This document shows positions 11,162-26,000 of a DNA stretch of 64,000 nucleotides, in pieces. Under the pieces are notes generated by a model. The model did not search any database. It worked only from the letters and a program-made list of their open reading frames with translations, and had not been told where the DNA came from. Made by a program: the position numbers and the translations under genes. Within the stretch, counting starts at the first letter, position 1, and every line of letters starts with the position of its first letter. The DNA lies in assembly GCF_058153355.1 (NCBI RefSeq), contig NZ_CM177019.1. One strand, 5' to 3'.

Positions 11162-12319
11162 ATGGAGCGCAACGTCACGCTCGATTTTGTTCGCGGCGTC
11201 GCCATTCTGGGGATCCTGCTATTAAACATCAGCGCCTTTGGGTTACCAAAGGCGGCTTATCTCAATCCCGCCTGGTACGGCGCTATTACGCCGCAGGATG
11301 CATGGACCTGGGCATTACTCGATCTCATCGGTCAGGTGAAATTCCTCACGCTTTTTGCGTTGCTGTTTGGTGCTGGCCTGCAAATGTTGCTACCCCGTGG
11401 CAAACGCTGGATCCAGTCGCGGTTAACACTGTTAGTCTTGTTGGGCTTTATTCACGGTTTATTGTTCTGGGACGGCGATATTCTGTTGGCTTACGGGCTG
11501 GTGGGCTTAATCTGTTGGCGGCTGGTGCGCGATGCTCCATCGGTAAAAAGCCTGTTTAATACCGGCGTCATGCTTTATCTGGTGGGGCTTGGCGTTTTGC
11601 TATTGTTGGGGTTGATTTCAGACAGTCAGACCAGCCGCGCCTGGACGCCGGATGCATCGGCTATTTTGTATGAAAAATACTGGAAGCTTCATGGCGGCGT
11701 TGAAGCGATCGGTAACCGTGCCGATGGAGTTGGGAACAGTTTACTGGCACTGGGCGCACAGTATGGCTGGCAACTGGCAGGGATGATGCTAATTGGCGCG
11801 GCGCTGATGCGCAGTGGCTGGCTGAAAGGGCAGTTTAGCTTGCGCCATTATCGGCGTACCGGTTTTGTGCTGGTGGCGATTGGGGTGATCATTAACCTTC
11901 CAGCGATCGCCCTGCAATGGCGGCTGGACTGGGCATATCGCTGGTGCGCCTTCTTACTTCAGATGCCGCGGGAACTGAGTGCGCCGTTTCAGGCGGTTGG
12001 CTATGCGTCGCTGTTTTATGGTTTCTGGCCGCAATTGAGCCGCTTTAAGCTGGTGCTCGCGATCGCCTGCGTCGGACGGATGGCGCTGACCAACTATCTA
12101 TTGCAAACGCTGATTTGTACCACGCTTTTTTATCACCTCGGTTTGTTTATGCAGTTTGACCGTCTGGAATTGCTGGCGTTTGTTATTCCGGTATGGCTGG
12201 CGAATATTCTCTTCTCTGTTATCTGGCTGCGTTACTTCCGTCAGGGGCCGGTGGAATGGCTCTGGCGTCAGTTAACTTTACGTGCTGCCGGACCTGCATT
12301 ATCTAAAACATCAAGATAA
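11162..12319 (+). CDS. yeiB: DUF418-family inner membrane protein YeiB
   Basis: 385-aa polytopic membrane ORF; synteny folE-yeiB-galS. Confidence 0.85.
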   Translation: MERNVTLDFVRGVAILGILLLNISAFGLPKAAYLNPAWYGAITPQDAWTWALLDLIGQVKFLTLFALLFGAGLQMLLPRGKRWIQSRLTLLVLLGFIHGLLFWDGDILLAYGLVGLICWRLVRDAPSVKSLFNTGVMLYLVGLGVLLLLGLISDSQTSRAWTPDASAILYEKYWKLHGGVEAIGNRADGVGNSLLALGAQYGWQLAGMMLIGAALMRSGWLKGQFSLRHYRRTGFVLVAIGVIINLPAIALQWRLDWAYRWCAFLLQMPRELSAPFQAVGYASLFYGFWPQLSRFKLVLAIACVGRMALTNYLLQTLICTTLFYHLGLFMQFDRLELLAFVIPVWLANILFSVIWLRYFRQGPVEWLWRQLTLRAAGPALSKTSR

Positions 12320-12460
12320 CGATCTGGATCACATTCATTAACAAAATGGTTGTAACCGTTTCCATTGCTGTGACTCGATTCACGAAGTCCTGAATTCAGT
12401 GCTGACAAAATAGCCGCCAGCAAGCAGGCATTTACTGCAATCTCATAACAGGTAGTGAAT

Positions 12461-13501
12461 ATGATCACCATTCGTGATGTAGCGCGTCAGGCTGGCGTCT
12501 CTGTGGCAACGGTTTCCCGGGTGCTCAATAACAGCACGCTGGTCAGTGCCGACACGCGTGAAGCAGTAATGAAAGCAGTGAGCGAGCTGGATTATCGGCC
12601 AAACGCCAATGCCCAGGCGCTGGCAACTCAGGTTAGCGATACCATTGGCGTGGTGGTAATGGACGTTTCTGATGCGTTTTTCGGCGCGCTGGTAAAAGCG
12701 GTGGATCTCGTCGCCCAGCAGCACCAGAAATATGTGCTAATAGGTAATAGCTATCATGAAGCGGAAAAAGAGCGTCATGCCATTGAGGTGTTAATTCGCC
12801 AGCGTTGTAACGCGTTGATTGTTCATTCAAAAGCGTTAAGCGATGATGAATTAGCGCAGTTTATGGATAACATTCCCGGTATGGTGTTAATCAACCGCGT
12901 TGTGCCAGGTTACGCCCATCGTTGCGTTTGCCTGGATAATCTCAGCGGTGCCCGAATGGCCACGCGCATGTTGCTCAATAATGGTCATCAACGTATTGGT
13001 TATCTTTCTTCCAGCCACGGTATTGAAGATGATGCCATGCGCAAAGCAGGCTGGATGAGTGCGTTGAAAGAGCAGGATATTATTCCGTCGGAAAGCTGGA
13101 TTGGCACTGGCACCCCGGACATGCCAGGCGGTGAGGCGGCGATGGTTGAACTGCTGGGGCGCAATCTACAACTTACCGCTGTATTTGCATACAACGACAA
13201 TATGGCCGCTGGCGCACTGACGGCATTAAAAGATAATGGTATTGCGATTCCGTTACATCTCTCAATCATCGGTTTCGATGATATTCCCATCGCTCGTTAC
13301 ACCGACCCACAATTAACGACCGTGCGTTATCCCATTGCTTCGATGGCAAAATTAGCTACCGAACTGGCCTTACAAGGGGCAGCAGGCAACATTGATCCTC
13401 ACGCCAGCCACTGTTTTATGCCGACGTTAGTGCGTCGCCATTCTGTCGCAACGCGCCAGAATGCGGCAGCGATCACTAACTCAACAAATCAGTCGATGTA
13501 A
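12461..13501 (+). CDS. galS: LacI/GalR-family repressor GalS (mgl isorepressor)
   Basis: N-terminal [27 protein letters not shown] and periplasmic-binding-fold sugar domain; start taken at the second Met of the 348-aa ORF. Confidence 0.9.
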   Translation: MITIRDVARQAGVSVATVSRVLNNSTLVSADTREAVMKAVSELDYRPNANAQALATQVSDTIGVVVMDVSDAFFGALVKAVDLVAQQHQKYVLIGNSYHEAEKERHAIEVLIRQRCNALIVHSKALSDDELAQFMDNIPGMVLINRVVPGYAHRCVCLDNLSGARMATRMLLNNGHQRIGYLSSSHGIEDDAMRKAGWMSALKEQDIIPSESWIGTGTPDMPGGEAAMVELLGRNLQLTAVFAYNDNMAAGALTALKDNGIAIPLHLSIIGFDDIPIARYTDPQLTTVRYPIASMAKLATELALQGAAGNIDPHASHCFMPTLVRRHSVATRQNAAAITNSTNQSM

Positions 13502-13529
13502 CCGCTTTCAATCTGTGAGTGATTTCACA
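13496..13529. promoter_or_regulatory. mgl control region: GalS/GalR-type operator followed by a CRP site
   Basis: atgtaaccgctttcaat resembles the gal operator GTGTAAACGATTCCAC; tgtgagtgatttcaca (13514-13529) is a near-consensus CRP site TGTGA-N6-TCACA. Confidence 0.55.
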
Positions 13530-13779
13530 GTATATTAACAATGCGATAGCTATGATTGCACCGTTTTAACGCTGTAACCTGTATGTAACAGTGAATCATC
13601 ACTTTCACCGAGGTAATAGCGTCATAACAACAATTAAAGCCGTTTTCTGGAGCGTTACCGGGCATGGAAGAACGAATTTTAAAAAGTGAGCTTCGGCGTT
13701 CAGTAACACTTCATTAACTCTACTGCCCCGCCGAGCATTTATCTCAAGCACTACCCTGCATAAGAAAACCGGAGATCTC

Positions 13780-14778
13780 ATGAATAAGAAGGTGTTAACC
13801 CTGTCTGCAATCATGGCCAGCATGTTATTCGGTGCTACTGCACACGCTGCTGATACCCGTATTGGTGTAACAATCTATAAGTACGACGATAACTTTATGT
13901 CTGTTGTGCGCAAGGCTATCGAACAAGATGCGAAAGCCGCGCCAGATGTTCAGCTGCTGATGAATGATTCTCAGAATGACCAGTCCAAGCAGAACGATCA
14001 GATCGATGTATTGCTGGCGAAAGGGGTGAAGGCACTGGCGATCAACCTGGTTGACCCGGCAGCTGCGGGTACGGTGATTGAGAAAGCGCGCGGGCAAAAC
14101 GTGCCGGTGGTTTTCTTTAACAAAGAACCGTCTCGTAAGGCGCTGGATAGCTACGATAAAGCCTACTATGTCGGCACTGACTCCAAAGAGTCCGGCATTA
14201 TTCAGGGCGATTTGATTGCTAAGCATTGGGCGGCAAACCAGGATTGGGATCTCAACAAAGACGGTCAGATTCAATTCGTACTGCTGAAAGGTGAACCGGG
14301 CCATCCGGATGCAGAAGCACGCACCACTTACGTGATTAAAGAGCTGAATGACAAAGGCATCAAAACTGAACAGTTACAGTTAGATACCGCTATGTGGGAT
14401 ACCGCTCAGGCGAAAGATAAGATGGACGCCTGGCTGTCTGGCCCGAACGCCAACAAAATCGAAGTGGTTATCGCCAACAACGATGCGATGGCAATGGGCG
14501 CAGTAGAAGCACTGAAAGCACACAACAAGTCCAGCATTCCAGTGTTTGGTGTCGATGCGCTGCCAGAAGCTCTGGCACTGGTGAAATCCGGTGCACTGGC
14601 GGGCACCGTATTGAACGACGCTAACAACCAGGCGAAAGCGACTTTTGATCTGGCGAAAAACCTGGCCGATGGCAAAGGTGCGGCTGATGGTACCAACTGG
14701 AAAATCGACAACAAAGTGGTCCGCGTACCTTACGTTGGCGTAGATAAAGACAACCTGGCTGAATTCAGCAAGAAATAA
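13780..14778 (+). CDS. mglB: Periplasmic galactose/glucose-binding protein
   Basis: 332-aa ORF with signal peptide and periplasmic sugar-binding fold; followed by mglA and mglC. Confidence 0.95.
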   Translation: MNKKVLTLSAIMASMLFGATAHAADTRIGVTIYKYDDNFMSVVRKAIEQDAKAAPDVQLLMNDSQNDQSKQNDQIDVLLAKGVKALAINLVDPAAAGTVIEKARGQNVPVVFFNKEPSRKALDSYDKAYYVGTDSKESGIIQGDLIAKHWAANQDWDLNKDGQIQFVLLKGEPGHPDAEARTTYVIKELNDKGIKTEQLQLDTAMWDTAQAKDKMDAWLSGPNANKIEVVIANNDAMAMGAVEALKAHNKSSIPVFGVDALPEALALVKSGALAGTVLNDANNQAKATFDLAKNLADGKGAADGTNWKIDNKVVRVPYVGVDKDNLAEFSKK

Positions 14779-14786
14779 GACTGATT

Positions 14787-14809
14787 GGGCGCAGTCATTT
14801 ACTGCGCCC
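14787..14809 (+). terminator. Intercistronic hairpin between mglB and mglA (attenuator-type)
   Basis: gggcgcagt cattt actgcgccc followed by ttattg. Confidence 0.5.
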
Positions 14810-14838
14810 TTATTGTATGGCCAACAAGGTAAAATTAT

Positions 14839-16359
14839 ATGGTCAGCTCAACGACTCCGTCTTCCGGGGAATACTTGTTGGAAATGAGCGGTATCAACAA
14901 GTCTTTTCCGGGTGTTAAGGCACTTGATAACGTTAATTTAAAAGTCCGGCCACATTCTATCCATGCATTAATGGGGGAAAACGGCGCAGGAAAATCAACA
15001 TTATTAAAATGCCTGTTTGGTATTTATCAAAAAGACTCCGGCACCATTTTGTTCCAGGGTAAAGAGATCGATTTTCATTCTGCCAAAGAAGCACTGGAAA
15101 ATGGTATTTCGATGGTACACCAGGAATTAAACCTGGTATTACAACGTTCGGTGATGGACAACATGTGGCTGGGGCGATATCCCACCAAAGGCATGTTTGT
15201 CGATCAGGACAAAATGTACCGCGAAACCAAAGCGATTTTTGATGAGCTGGATATTGATATCGATCCGCGTGCGCGCGTCGGCACATTATCCGTTTCGCAA
15301 ATGCAGATGATCGAAATCGCCAAAGCGTTTTCCTATAACGCGAAAATTGTGATTATGGATGAACCGACATCTTCGTTAACTGAAAAAGAGGTCAATCATC
15401 TTTTCACTATTATTCGTAAATTAAAAGAGCGCGGCTGCGGTATTGTTTATATCTCGCATAAAATGGAAGAAATCTTCCAGTTATGTGATGAAGTCACCGT
15501 ATTGCGCGACGGTCAGTGGATCGCTACCGAACCGCTGGCAGGGCTAACGATGGACAAGATCATCGCCATGATGGTTGGACGCTCTCTTAACCAGCGTTTC
15601 CCTGACAAAGAAAACAAGCCGGGCGAAGTGATTCTGGAAGTGCGTAATCTGACGTCGCTGCGCCAGCCGTCGATTCGCGATGTCTCGTTTGATCTGCATA
15701 AAGGGGAGATCCTCGGTATTGCCGGTCTGGTGGGGGCGAAACGTACTGATATTGTTGAGACGTTATTTGGTATTCGCGAGAAATCGGCTGGCACCATTAC
15801 GTTGCACGGCAAAAAGATCAATAACCATAACGCTAACGAAGCCATAAACCACGGATTTGCACTGGTAACTGAAGAGCGCCGCTCAACGGGAATTTATGCC
15901 TATCTGGATATTGGCTTTAACTCGTTAATTTCCAATATCCGCAACTACAAAAATAAAGTTGGCTTGCTGGATAACTCGCGGATGAAAAGCGATACCCAGT
16001 GGGTAATTGATTCGATGCGGGTAAAAACGCCGGGACATCGTACGCAAATTGGTTCACTCTCCGGCGGTAATCAGCAAAAGGTAATTATTGGGCGCTGGCT
16101 GCTTACGCAACCAGAAATATTAATGCTCGATGAACCAACGCGCGGTATTGATGTCGGAGCGAAGTTTGAAATTTATCAGTTAATTGCCGACCTGGCGAAG
16201 AAAGGCAAGGGGATTATTATTATTTCCTCCGAAATGCCAGAGTTGTTAGGGATAACAGACCGTATTCTGGTCATGAGCAATGGTCTCGTTTCCGGAATTG
16301 TCGATACAAAAACAACAACGCAAAACGAAATTCTGCGTCTTGCGTCTTTGCACCTTTAA
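14839..16359 (+). CDS. mglA: Galactose/methyl-galactoside ABC transporter ATP-binding protein (duplicated ABC domains)
   Basis: 506-aa ORF with two Walker A/ABC signature sets (GENGAGKST ...). Confidence 0.95.
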   Translation: MVSSTTPSSGEYLLEMSGINKSFPGVKALDNVNLKVRPHSIHALMGENGAGKSTLLKCLFGIYQKDSGTILFQGKEIDFHSAKEALENGISMVHQELNLVLQRSVMDNMWLGRYPTKGMFVDQDKMYRETKAIFDELDIDIDPRARVGTLSVSQMQMIEIAKAFSYNAKIVIMDEPTSSLTEKEVNHLFTIIRKLKERGCGIVYISHKMEEIFQLCDEVTVLRDGQWIATEPLAGLTMDKIIAMMVGRSLNQRFPDKENKPGEVILEVRNLTSLRQPSIRDVSFDLHKGEILGIAGLVGAKRTDIVETLFGIREKSAGTITLHGKKINNHNANEAINHGFALVTEERRSTGIYAYLDIGFNSLISNIRNYKNKVGLLDNSRMKSDTQWVIDSMRVKTPGHRTQIGSLSGGNQQKVIIGRWLLTQPEILMLDEPTRGIDVGAKFEIYQLIADLAKKGKGIIIISSEMPELLGITDRILVMSNGLVSGIVDTKTTTQNEILRLASLHL

Positions 16360-16374
16360 GATTAGGGGCCTCCC

Positions 16375-17385
16375 ATGAGTGCGTTAAATAAGAAAAGTTT
16401 TCTTACTTACCTGAAAGAGGGCGGTATTTACGTCGTTCTTTTAGTTTTGCTGGCGATTATTATTTTCCAGGACCCAACTTTTTTAAGTCTGTTGAACTTA
16501 AGTAATATTCTCACCCAGTCATCGGTGCGTATTATTATCGCGCTTGGTGTGGCAGGATTAATTGTCACCCAGGGGACCGACCTTTCTGCGGGACGTCAGG
16601 TAGGGCTGGCAGCCGTGGTGGCAGCGACGTTATTGCAGTCCATGGATAACGCTAACAAAGTATTCCCGGAAATGGCGACGATGCCGATTGCGCTGGTAAT
16701 TCTGATTGTCTGTGCCATTGGCGCGGTGATCGGTTTGATCAACGGCCTGATTATCGCTTATCTCAACGTGACGCCATTCATTACCACGCTCGGCACGATG
16801 ATTATCGTCTACGGCATCAACTCGCTCTATTACGACTTTGTCGGGGCGTCGCCAATTTCTGGTTTTGACAGTGGTTTCTCTACCTTTGCTCAGGGCTTTG
16901 TCGCGCTGGGGAGCTTCCGTCTTTCTTACATCACTTTCTACGCGTTGATTGCGGTGGCATTCGTCTGGGTGTTGTGGAACAAAACCCGCTTCGGCAAGAA
17001 CATTTTTGCCATTGGCGGTAACCCGGAAGCGGCGAAAGTTTCTGGTGTCAACGTTGGCCTGAACCTGCTGATGATCTACGCGTTGTCTGGTGTGTTCTAT
17101 GCCTTTGGCGGGATGTTAGAAGCCGGACGTATCGGCTCTGCCACCAACAACCTCGGCTTTATGTATGAGCTGGATGCTATCGCAGCGTGCGTGGTGGGCG
17201 GCGTATCGTTTAGCGGCGGTGTGGGGACGGTAATTGGTGTAGTGACCGGGGTAATTATTTTTACCGTCATCAACTATGGCCTGACGTATATCGGCGTAAA
17301 CCCATACTGGCAGTACATCATCAAAGGGGCGATTATTATCTTCGCCGTGGCGCTGGATTCACTGAAATACGCGCGTAAGAAGTGA
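16375..17385 (+). CDS. mglC: Galactose/methyl-galactoside ABC transporter permease
   Basis: 336-aa polytopic ORF immediately after mglA. Confidence 0.95.
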   Translation: MSALNKKSFLTYLKEGGIYVVLLVLLAIIIFQDPTFLSLLNLSNILTQSSVRIIIALGVAGLIVTQGTDLSAGRQVGLAAVVAATLLQSMDNANKVFPEMATMPIALVILIVCAIGAVIGLINGLIIAYLNVTPFITTLGTMIIVYGINSLYYDFVGASPISGFDSGFSTFAQGFVALGSFRLSYITFYALIAVAFVWVLWNKTRFGKNIFAIGGNPEAAKVSGVNVGLNLLMIYALSGVFYAFGGMLEAGRIGSATNNLGFMYELDAIAACVVGGVSFSGGVGTVIGVVTGVIIFTVINYGLTYIGVNPYWQYIIKGAIIIFAVALDSLKYARKK

Positions 17386-17400
17386 TGTGAATGTGGGTAT

Positions 17401-17450
17401 TGCCGGATGCGCCGCATCCGGCAATCGGTGCCAAATGCCGGATGCGTCTC
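17401..17450. repeat. REP (palindromic unit) element(s)
   Basis: ttgccggatgcgccgcatccggcaa palindrome plus a second gccggatgcg copy. Confidence 0.6.
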
Positions 17451-17455
17451 TGATT

Positions 17456-18691
17456 TTACAACGTTACCGGGTGTTCTTTCTCTCCCTTCTTAAACTTCAC
17501 TTCCCCAAGATCAATACAACCCACCGGGCAGACGTGACCGCAAAGCAGGCAACCCACACATTTCTCGGTATTACAATGCGGTGTGCGGGTTTTCTCGCTC
17601 CATTCCATCGCCTGGTGACCGCCGTCATAACAGGAAATATAACAGCGTCCACAGCCAACACATTTATCGAGATTGATGTTGGGATAGACAATATAACTGC
17701 GGTCTAAATCTTCCGCCGGAACAATATTGTGATTCGCCAGACCTACCATCTCCTGCAACGAATCAAACCCCTGATCGGCAAGATAGTGTGACAACCCGCT
17801 CGCCATATCTTCCACTATCCGATAGCCGTACTGCATAATGCCGGTGGTCACCTGCAATGTCGCTGCACCGAGCAATAAAAACTCTGCCGCATCTTCCCAG
17901 GTTTCAATACCGCCGATACCGCTAATCGGGAAATCGCGCAGCTCTGGATGGGTGCGCATTTGCTGAATAAAGCGTAGGGCGATCGGTTTTACCGCTTTAC
18001 CGGAATATCCGGAAATACTCGATTTACCGTTAACGATCGGCATACCAATTTTCTGATTAAGATCGATATTGGTGATGGATTTAACGGTATTAATCGCCGC
18101 AATGCCATCTGCGCCGCCGCGCTTCGCAGCCAGCGCCACTTCGCACATATCACCGATATTCGGCGTCATCTTCGCCAGCATCGGCAGCGTAGAACCACGT
18201 TTCACTGCCCGACAATATTTTTCTACCAGCTCCGGGCTTTGCCCGACATCACTACCCATCGCATGAGAAGTCATTTGCGGACAGGAGAAGTTACACTCGA
18301 TCATATCCGCACCAGCTTCTTGCACCAGGCGCGCCAGATCCTCCCACTGCTGTTCATTTTCGCCCATGATCGAGGCGATCAATACTTTGTCCGGATAATC
18401 TTCTTTCAGCCGACGCAGGGCGGCCAGATTCTCCTCCAGAGGATGTTCGGCAATCTGCTCCATATTTTTGAAGCCGATAAAACCGGTATCTTCTTTCACC
18501 AGATGATCAAAACGTGGTGAGACTTCGTTGGCGATAAAAAAGCCGATCGTTTTAAATACCACGCCACCCCAGCCCGTGTCGTAGGCTTTGGCGCACATCT
18601 CATAGCAGTTGCCTACCGGCGAAGAAGAGAGGCAGAACGGGTTGGGAAACTTCACGCCGCAAAAAGTAATCGAAAGATCTTTCGTTAACAT
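17456..18691 (-). CDS. preA: NAD-dependent dihydropyrimidine dehydrogenase subunit PreA (dihydroorotate-dehydrogenase-like, with 4Fe-4S ferredoxin domain)
   Basis: ORF with DHOD-like TIM barrel and C-terminal Cys clusters ([11 protein letters not shown]...[12 protein letters not shown]); start taken at [10 protein letters not shown]. Confidence 0.9.
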   Translation of the reverse strand: MLTKDLSITFCGVKFPNPFCLSSSPVGNCYEMCAKAYDTGWGGVVFKTIGFFIANEVSPRFDHLVKEDTGFIGFKNMEQIAEHPLEENLAALRRLKEDYPDKVLIASIMGENEQQWEDLARLVQEAGADMIECNFSCPQMTSHAMGSDVGQSPELVEKYCRAVKRGSTLPMLAKMTPNIGDMCEVALAAKRGGADGIAAINTVKSITNIDLNQKIGMPIVNGKSSISGYSGKAVKPIALRFIQQMRTHPELRDFPISGIGGIETWEDAAEFLLLGAATLQVTTGIMQYGYRIVEDMASGLSHYLADQGFDSLQEMVGLANHNIVPAEDLDRSYIVYPNINLDKCVGCGRCYISCYDGGHQAMEWSEKTRTPHCNTEKCVGCLLCGHVCPVGCIDLGEVKFKKGEKEHPVTL

Positions 18692-19923
18692 GAGCAAGCT
18701 CCCTCTAAATAGTGATGAATCGCCTCGGCGGCTTCTTTCCCGGTTTTCACGGCATAGACCACGGTTTTGTCACCCTCAACAATATCGCCAGCAGCAAAGA
18801 CTTGCGGATCGCGGGTCTGGTAATTTTGTGTATTGATGGTGTTACGCTGCGGCTCTAACTCCGCAAAGGCATCCAGTCTGGCATGCTGACCGACGGCGAG
18901 AATAATTTTATCTGCCGCCATCGTCAGTTCGCCCGGTAAGCGTACATGCTTAAACGTGACTTTATTGCCTTCCACGGCCACTGGTGTGAATCCATCGATG
19001 ATCGAAACGCCCAACTCCCGGGCGCTGGCAAACTCTTTTTCGCTTGCCGGAAACTCATCTAACTCTTCACGTGCTACGCAGGTTACCGCCTGACAGCCGA
19101 GAACTTTCAGCGTGCTGGCAACGTCCATCGCGACATCACCGCCGCCGATAATTAATGCGCTTTGTGGAATGCTGATATCGCCTTGCGCCTGGCGTGCACG
19201 TTGCAGGAAGTCGACGGCAATCTCAACGTCGCTATGCTCAAACAGCGGTAGCCCCGAACCGCTCGATAACCCCACGGTGACAAGTACTGCGCGGTTTTCG
19301 GCTTTCAGTTGCGCCAGGGTGAGTACTTTACCTATTTCGTTATTGCACTTAATGGTCACGCCCATTTTTTCAATACGGGCGATTTCTGCATCCAGCACCG
19401 ATTGCGGTAACCGAAATTGCGGAATACCGTTACACAGCCAGCCACCGGGTTGCGCTTCTTTTTCATAAATAGTGACGTCGTACCCCATATTTGTCAGCGT
19501 CACACTGGCCTGTAACCCGGCAGGGCCCGCGCCAATAATCGCTACCTTACCGAGCGTTTTAGTGCCTGGCTGATAAATTTCCATCCCGGTTTGTTGTTCA
19601 AAATCAGTGATAAAACGCTGTAAGCGCCCAATATCAATGGGATCATCAACACCGGCACGGGTACAACCGCTCTGGCATAATTTCTCCGTTGGGCAAATTC
19701 TGGCGCATACAGCACCTAAGGCATTATTTTCGCGAATTGTCTCGGCAGCGCCTTTAAAATTACGAAAGTAGATTGAGCGTATAAATTTCCCCGGATCGGT
19801 TTGTGCCGGGCAAGCCTGACTACAGGGAGCGTCGTGACATAATAAACAGCGAGAGGCTTCTTTAATCGCCAGTAAAGGCGTAAAAGCCGGAGTGAGTTCA
19901 TCCAGATAATTTTGTTGCGGCAT
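18685..19923 (-). CDS. preT: NAD-dependent dihydropyrimidine dehydrogenase subunit PreT (GltD-like FAD/NAD oxidoreductase)
   Basis: 412-aa ORF with Rossmann motif IIGAGPAGL and N-terminal Cys cluster; coupled to preA. Confidence 0.9.
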   Translation of the reverse strand: MPQQNYLDELTPAFTPLLAIKEASRCLLCHDAPCSQACPAQTDPGKFIRSIYFRNFKGAAETIRENNALGAVCARICPTEKLCQSGCTRAGVDDPIDIGRLQRFITDFEQQTGMEIYQPGTKTLGKVAIIGAGPAGLQASVTLTNMGYDVTIYEKEAQPGGWLCNGIPQFRLPQSVLDAEIARIEKMGVTIKCNNEIGKVLTLAQLKAENRAVLVTVGLSSGSGLPLFEHSDVEIAVDFLQRARQAQGDISIPQSALIIGGGDVAMDVASTLKVLGCQAVTCVAREELDEFPASEKEFASARELGVSIIDGFTPVAVEGNKVTFKHVRLPGELTMAADKIILAVGQHARLDAFAELEPQRNTINTQNYQTRDPQVFAAGDIVEGDKTVVYAVKTGKEAAEAIHHYLEGACSC

Positions 19924-20108
19924 GTGATCTTCCTTAATGCTATGAGTAATTAAGGCGAACGCTAAATATACTCGTCATACTTCAAGTTGCATGTGCTGCG
20001 TCTGCGTTAGCTCACCCCAGTCACTTGTCGCCTTCCTGCAACTCGAATTATTTAGAGCATAAATATTGCGTGCTGATATTAAGGCTAAGCGTGTGGGGAA
20101 ATTTAAAC

Positions 20109-20124
20109 TGTGAAAGAATTCACA
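20109..20124. promoter_or_regulatory. Consensus CRP-binding site
   Basis: tgtgaaagaattcaca is a perfect TGTGA-N6-TCACA palindrome in the preT/yeiS upstream region. Confidence 0.4.
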
Positions 20125-20209
20125 AATAGCTGCGGTTCAGAATGTTATATCCGCAGCTTATTGACTGAAGTAATAATTATTCTCAATAATTAACAGGGGA
20201 GGGACAATA

Positions 20210-22245
<2,036 letters not shown>

Positions 22246-22304
22246 GGCGTTGCCTCATAATCATGTAATGGGATAACAGTTTACGAACCCGTTATGGCTT
22301 TATA

Positions 22305-22320
22305 TGTGATCTGAATCTCA
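22305..22320. promoter_or_regulatory. CRP-like site in the cdd promoter region
   Basis: tgtgatctgaatctca (TGTGA-N6-TCTCA) upstream of cdd, a known CRP/CytR-controlled gene. Confidence 0.4.
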
Positions 22321-22374
22321 TTAATTGTGCAACGAATGAAACTTACATCAAAAATGCGCGACGCATCGCAAATT

Positions 22375-23501
<1,127 letters not shown>

Positions 23502-23604
23502 TTAATTCGTAAAACGTGCTACCGATCACATTAAGAATTCTCAGCATAGTTGAATTACAGGGAAGTAACATCGGGCGAGTGCCCAGTTCAGCACACTAAT
23601 TCTG

Positions 23605-24504
23605 CTATAAAAAGTGCAGAAACTGACTTAAAGCATAAGAAGGCGTTTCGTTATTACGCCAAAACACACCGACGCTGCCTTTCTGTTCAATCTTTGGCAG
23701 GTTGAGGATCACCAGTTGCCCCTGGCTGGCATAACGTTGCGCCAGGCGTAATGACAAAATAGAGATCATATTGCTGCTTTGTAACAGGTTGGTACTGACG
23801 TTCATCGACGCCGACTCAATCGTGTTTTCTGGCAGCATCACGCCGTGGTCTACCAGCGCATTATCAATGCTGATGCGGATGGGGGTACCTGTCGGCCAGA
23901 CTATCCACCGCCAGTTAGCAAGATCATTCCAGCTGAGGGTGGCGTATTTCGCCAGTGGATGCTCAGGACGGGCGACAAAGCATACCGGCTCGGTGTAGAG
24001 CACGCGATAATTCAGCGGCAGCTGCAACGCGCGACCGCCAATTCGCCCAACCACCACATCGATAGAACCTGCCAACAGATCTTGCAGCAATGGGGTCATC
24101 ACCTTCTCTTCGATATTCAGGTGTAGAGTTGGCATCTCCTTGAGCAAATGCAAAATCGCCTGGGATACGCAGTCAGTGGCGACGGGAGAACAGCCAATTT
24201 TCAGACTGCCGACCAGTCCACCTTGTTTAAAACGGGCCAGTTCATGTTGCGAGCGCTCCATGTCATTGATTAACCGCTGGGCATGTTGCAATAACAATCT
24301 ACCGCCTTCGGTAGGGCGTAACCCTTTGCTGTGCCGCTCAAAGAGTGTGAGGCCGATCTCATCTTCGAGTTGTGACAACCATTTCGACAGCGCAGGCTGG
24401 GTGATATTCATCATCCGCGCGACATGGGTCAGATTGCCCTGTTCACCCAGCGCCACCAGCATTTGCAGGTGATGAAGCTTTAGTTTCTGCGCCCAGTTTG
24501 CCAT
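23605..24504 (-). CDS. mhbR: LysR-family regulator of the 3-hydroxybenzoate/gentisate cluster (MhbR-like)
   Basis: HTH MANWAQKLKLHHLQMLVALGEQGNLTHVARMMNITQPALSKWL; divergent from the catabolic operon; start chosen at the Met preceded by GGAGG. Confidence 0.8.
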   Translation of the reverse strand: MANWAQKLKLHHLQMLVALGEQGNLTHVARMMNITQPALSKWLSQLEDEIGLTLFERHSKGLRPTEGGRLLLQHAQRLINDMERSQHELARFKQGGLVGSLKIGCSPVATDCVSQAILHLLKEMPTLHLNIEEKVMTPLLQDLLAGSIDVVVGRIGGRALQLPLNYRVLYTEPVCFVARPEHPLAKYATLSWNDLANWRWIVWPTGTPIRISIDNALVDHGVMLPENTIESASMNVSTNLLQSSNMISILSLRLAQRYASQGQLVILNLPKIEQKGSVGVFWRNNETPSYALSQFLHFL

Positions 24505-24509
24505 TTGCC

Positions 24510-24525
24510 ATAACCTCCAGGTTAT
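24510..24525. promoter_or_regulatory. Palindromic LysR-type box (ATAACC-N4-GGTTAT) at the mhbR/mhbT divergent promoter
   Basis: ataacctccaggttat, a perfect inverted repeat immediately upstream of the mhbR start. Confidence 0.4.
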
Positions 24526-24630
24526 CTCTCTGCCCGAAATGCCATTGTACATTTCATCTCTTTAATCACAATATCGCAACATACATAAAACAAAAGAAAC
24601 ATCTACCTTACCTGCACTGAGGCATTTACT

Positions 24631-25989
24631 ATGACTCAACGACGTGATTTACAAGCACTGATCGATGCTGCTCCGGTCGGCAAGATGCAGTGGCGCGTTA
24701 TCATCTGCTGTTTTCTGGTGGTAATGCTCGATGGTTTTGACACCGCGGCTATCGGATTTATCGCCCCTGATATTCGCACTCACTGGCAACTCACCGCAGG
24801 CGATCTCGCCCCGCTTTTTGGCGCGGGTCTGCTGGGATTAACCGCAGGCGCACTGCTTTGTGGCCCGTTGTCTGACCGCTTTGGCCGCAAGCGGGTGATT
24901 GAGCTGTGCGTCTTTTTATTTGGCGCGTTAAGTCTCGCCTCTGCGTTTTCACCAGATCTGCAAACGCTGGTATTACTGCGTTTTCTCACAGGGCTTGGGC
25001 TTGGCGGGGCGATGCCGAACACCATCACCATGACCTCGGAGTATCTGCCTGCCCGCCGCCGAGGCGCGCTGGTGACGCTGATGTTTTGCGGCTTTACGCT
25101 GGGTTCGGCGTTTGGCGGGATTGTCAGCGCACAGCTGGTGCCGGTGATTGGCTGGCACGGGATCCTGGTGTTGGGTGGCGTATTACCGCTGATGCTGTTT
25201 GTCGCACTGCTTGTGATTCTTCCGGAATCGCCACGCTGGCAGGTGCGCCGCCAGTTACCACAGGCGGTGATTGCAAAAACTGTCAGCGCCATTACCCGCG
25301 AGCGTTATGTCGATACCCACTTTTATCTCAATGAATCAGCCTCCGTTACAAAAGGCAGCATTCGTCAACTGTTTATGGGACGTCAGTTACCCATTACGTT
25401 GATGTTGTGGGTAGTGTTCTTTATGAGCCTGCTGATTATTTACCTGCTCTCAAGCTGGATGCCAACGCTGTTGAACCATCGCGGCATAGACCTGCAACAC
25501 GCGTCCAGGGTCACCGCCGCGTTCCAGATTGGCGGTACGTTGGGCGCGCTGGCGCTGGGCGTGCTGATGGATAAGTTCAATCCTTTCCGCGTGCTGGCGC
25601 TGAGCTATGCCGTAGGCGCTGTATGCATCGTGATGATTGGCTTAAGCCAGGATGGATTATGGCTGATGGCGCTGGCGATTTTCGGCACCGGCATTGGCAT
25701 TAGCGGATCTCAGGTGGGGTTGAACGCGTTGACCGCAACGCTCTACCCAACGCAAAGCCGCGCCACGGGCGTGAGCTGGTCAAACGCCGTAGGCCGCTGC
25801 GGCGCGATTGTCGGCTCGCTTTCTGGCGGCCTGATGATGGCGATGAATTTCTCTTTCGACACCCTGTTTTTCATTATCGCTGTGCCCGCGGCGATCAGTG
25901 CGGTGATGTTAAGCCTGCTGATCGCCGTGGTTCGCCAGTCGACCTCTGTCCCTGACTCACTGCCTCGCGCAGGCGTTGTGAACGAATAA
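24631..25989 (+). CDS. mhbT: MFS aromatic acid (3-hydroxybenzoate/gentisate) transporter, MhbT-like
   Basis: 452-aa 12-TM MFS ORF with motif [12 protein letters not shown]; first gene of the catabolic operon. Confidence 0.8.
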   Translation: MTQRRDLQALIDAAPVGKMQWRVIICCFLVVMLDGFDTAAIGFIAPDIRTHWQLTAGDLAPLFGAGLLGLTAGALLCGPLSDRFGRKRVIELCVFLFGALSLASAFSPDLQTLVLLRFLTGLGLGGAMPNTITMTSEYLPARRRGALVTLMFCGFTLGSAFGGIVSAQLVPVIGWHGILVLGGVLPLMLFVALLVILPESPRWQVRRQLPQAVIAKTVSAITRERYVDTHFYLNESASVTKGSIRQLFMGRQLPITLMLWVVFFMSLLIIYLLSSWMPTLLNHRGIDLQHASRVTAAFQIGGTLGALALGVLMDKFNPFRVLALSYAVGAVCIVMIGLSQDGLWLMALAIFGTGIGISGSQVGLNALTATLYPTQSRATGVSWSNAVGRCGAIVGSLSGGLMMAMNFSFDTLFFIIAVPAAISAVMLSLLIAVVRQSTSVPDSLPRAGVVNE

Positions 25990-26000
25990 GGAGCATCCTA

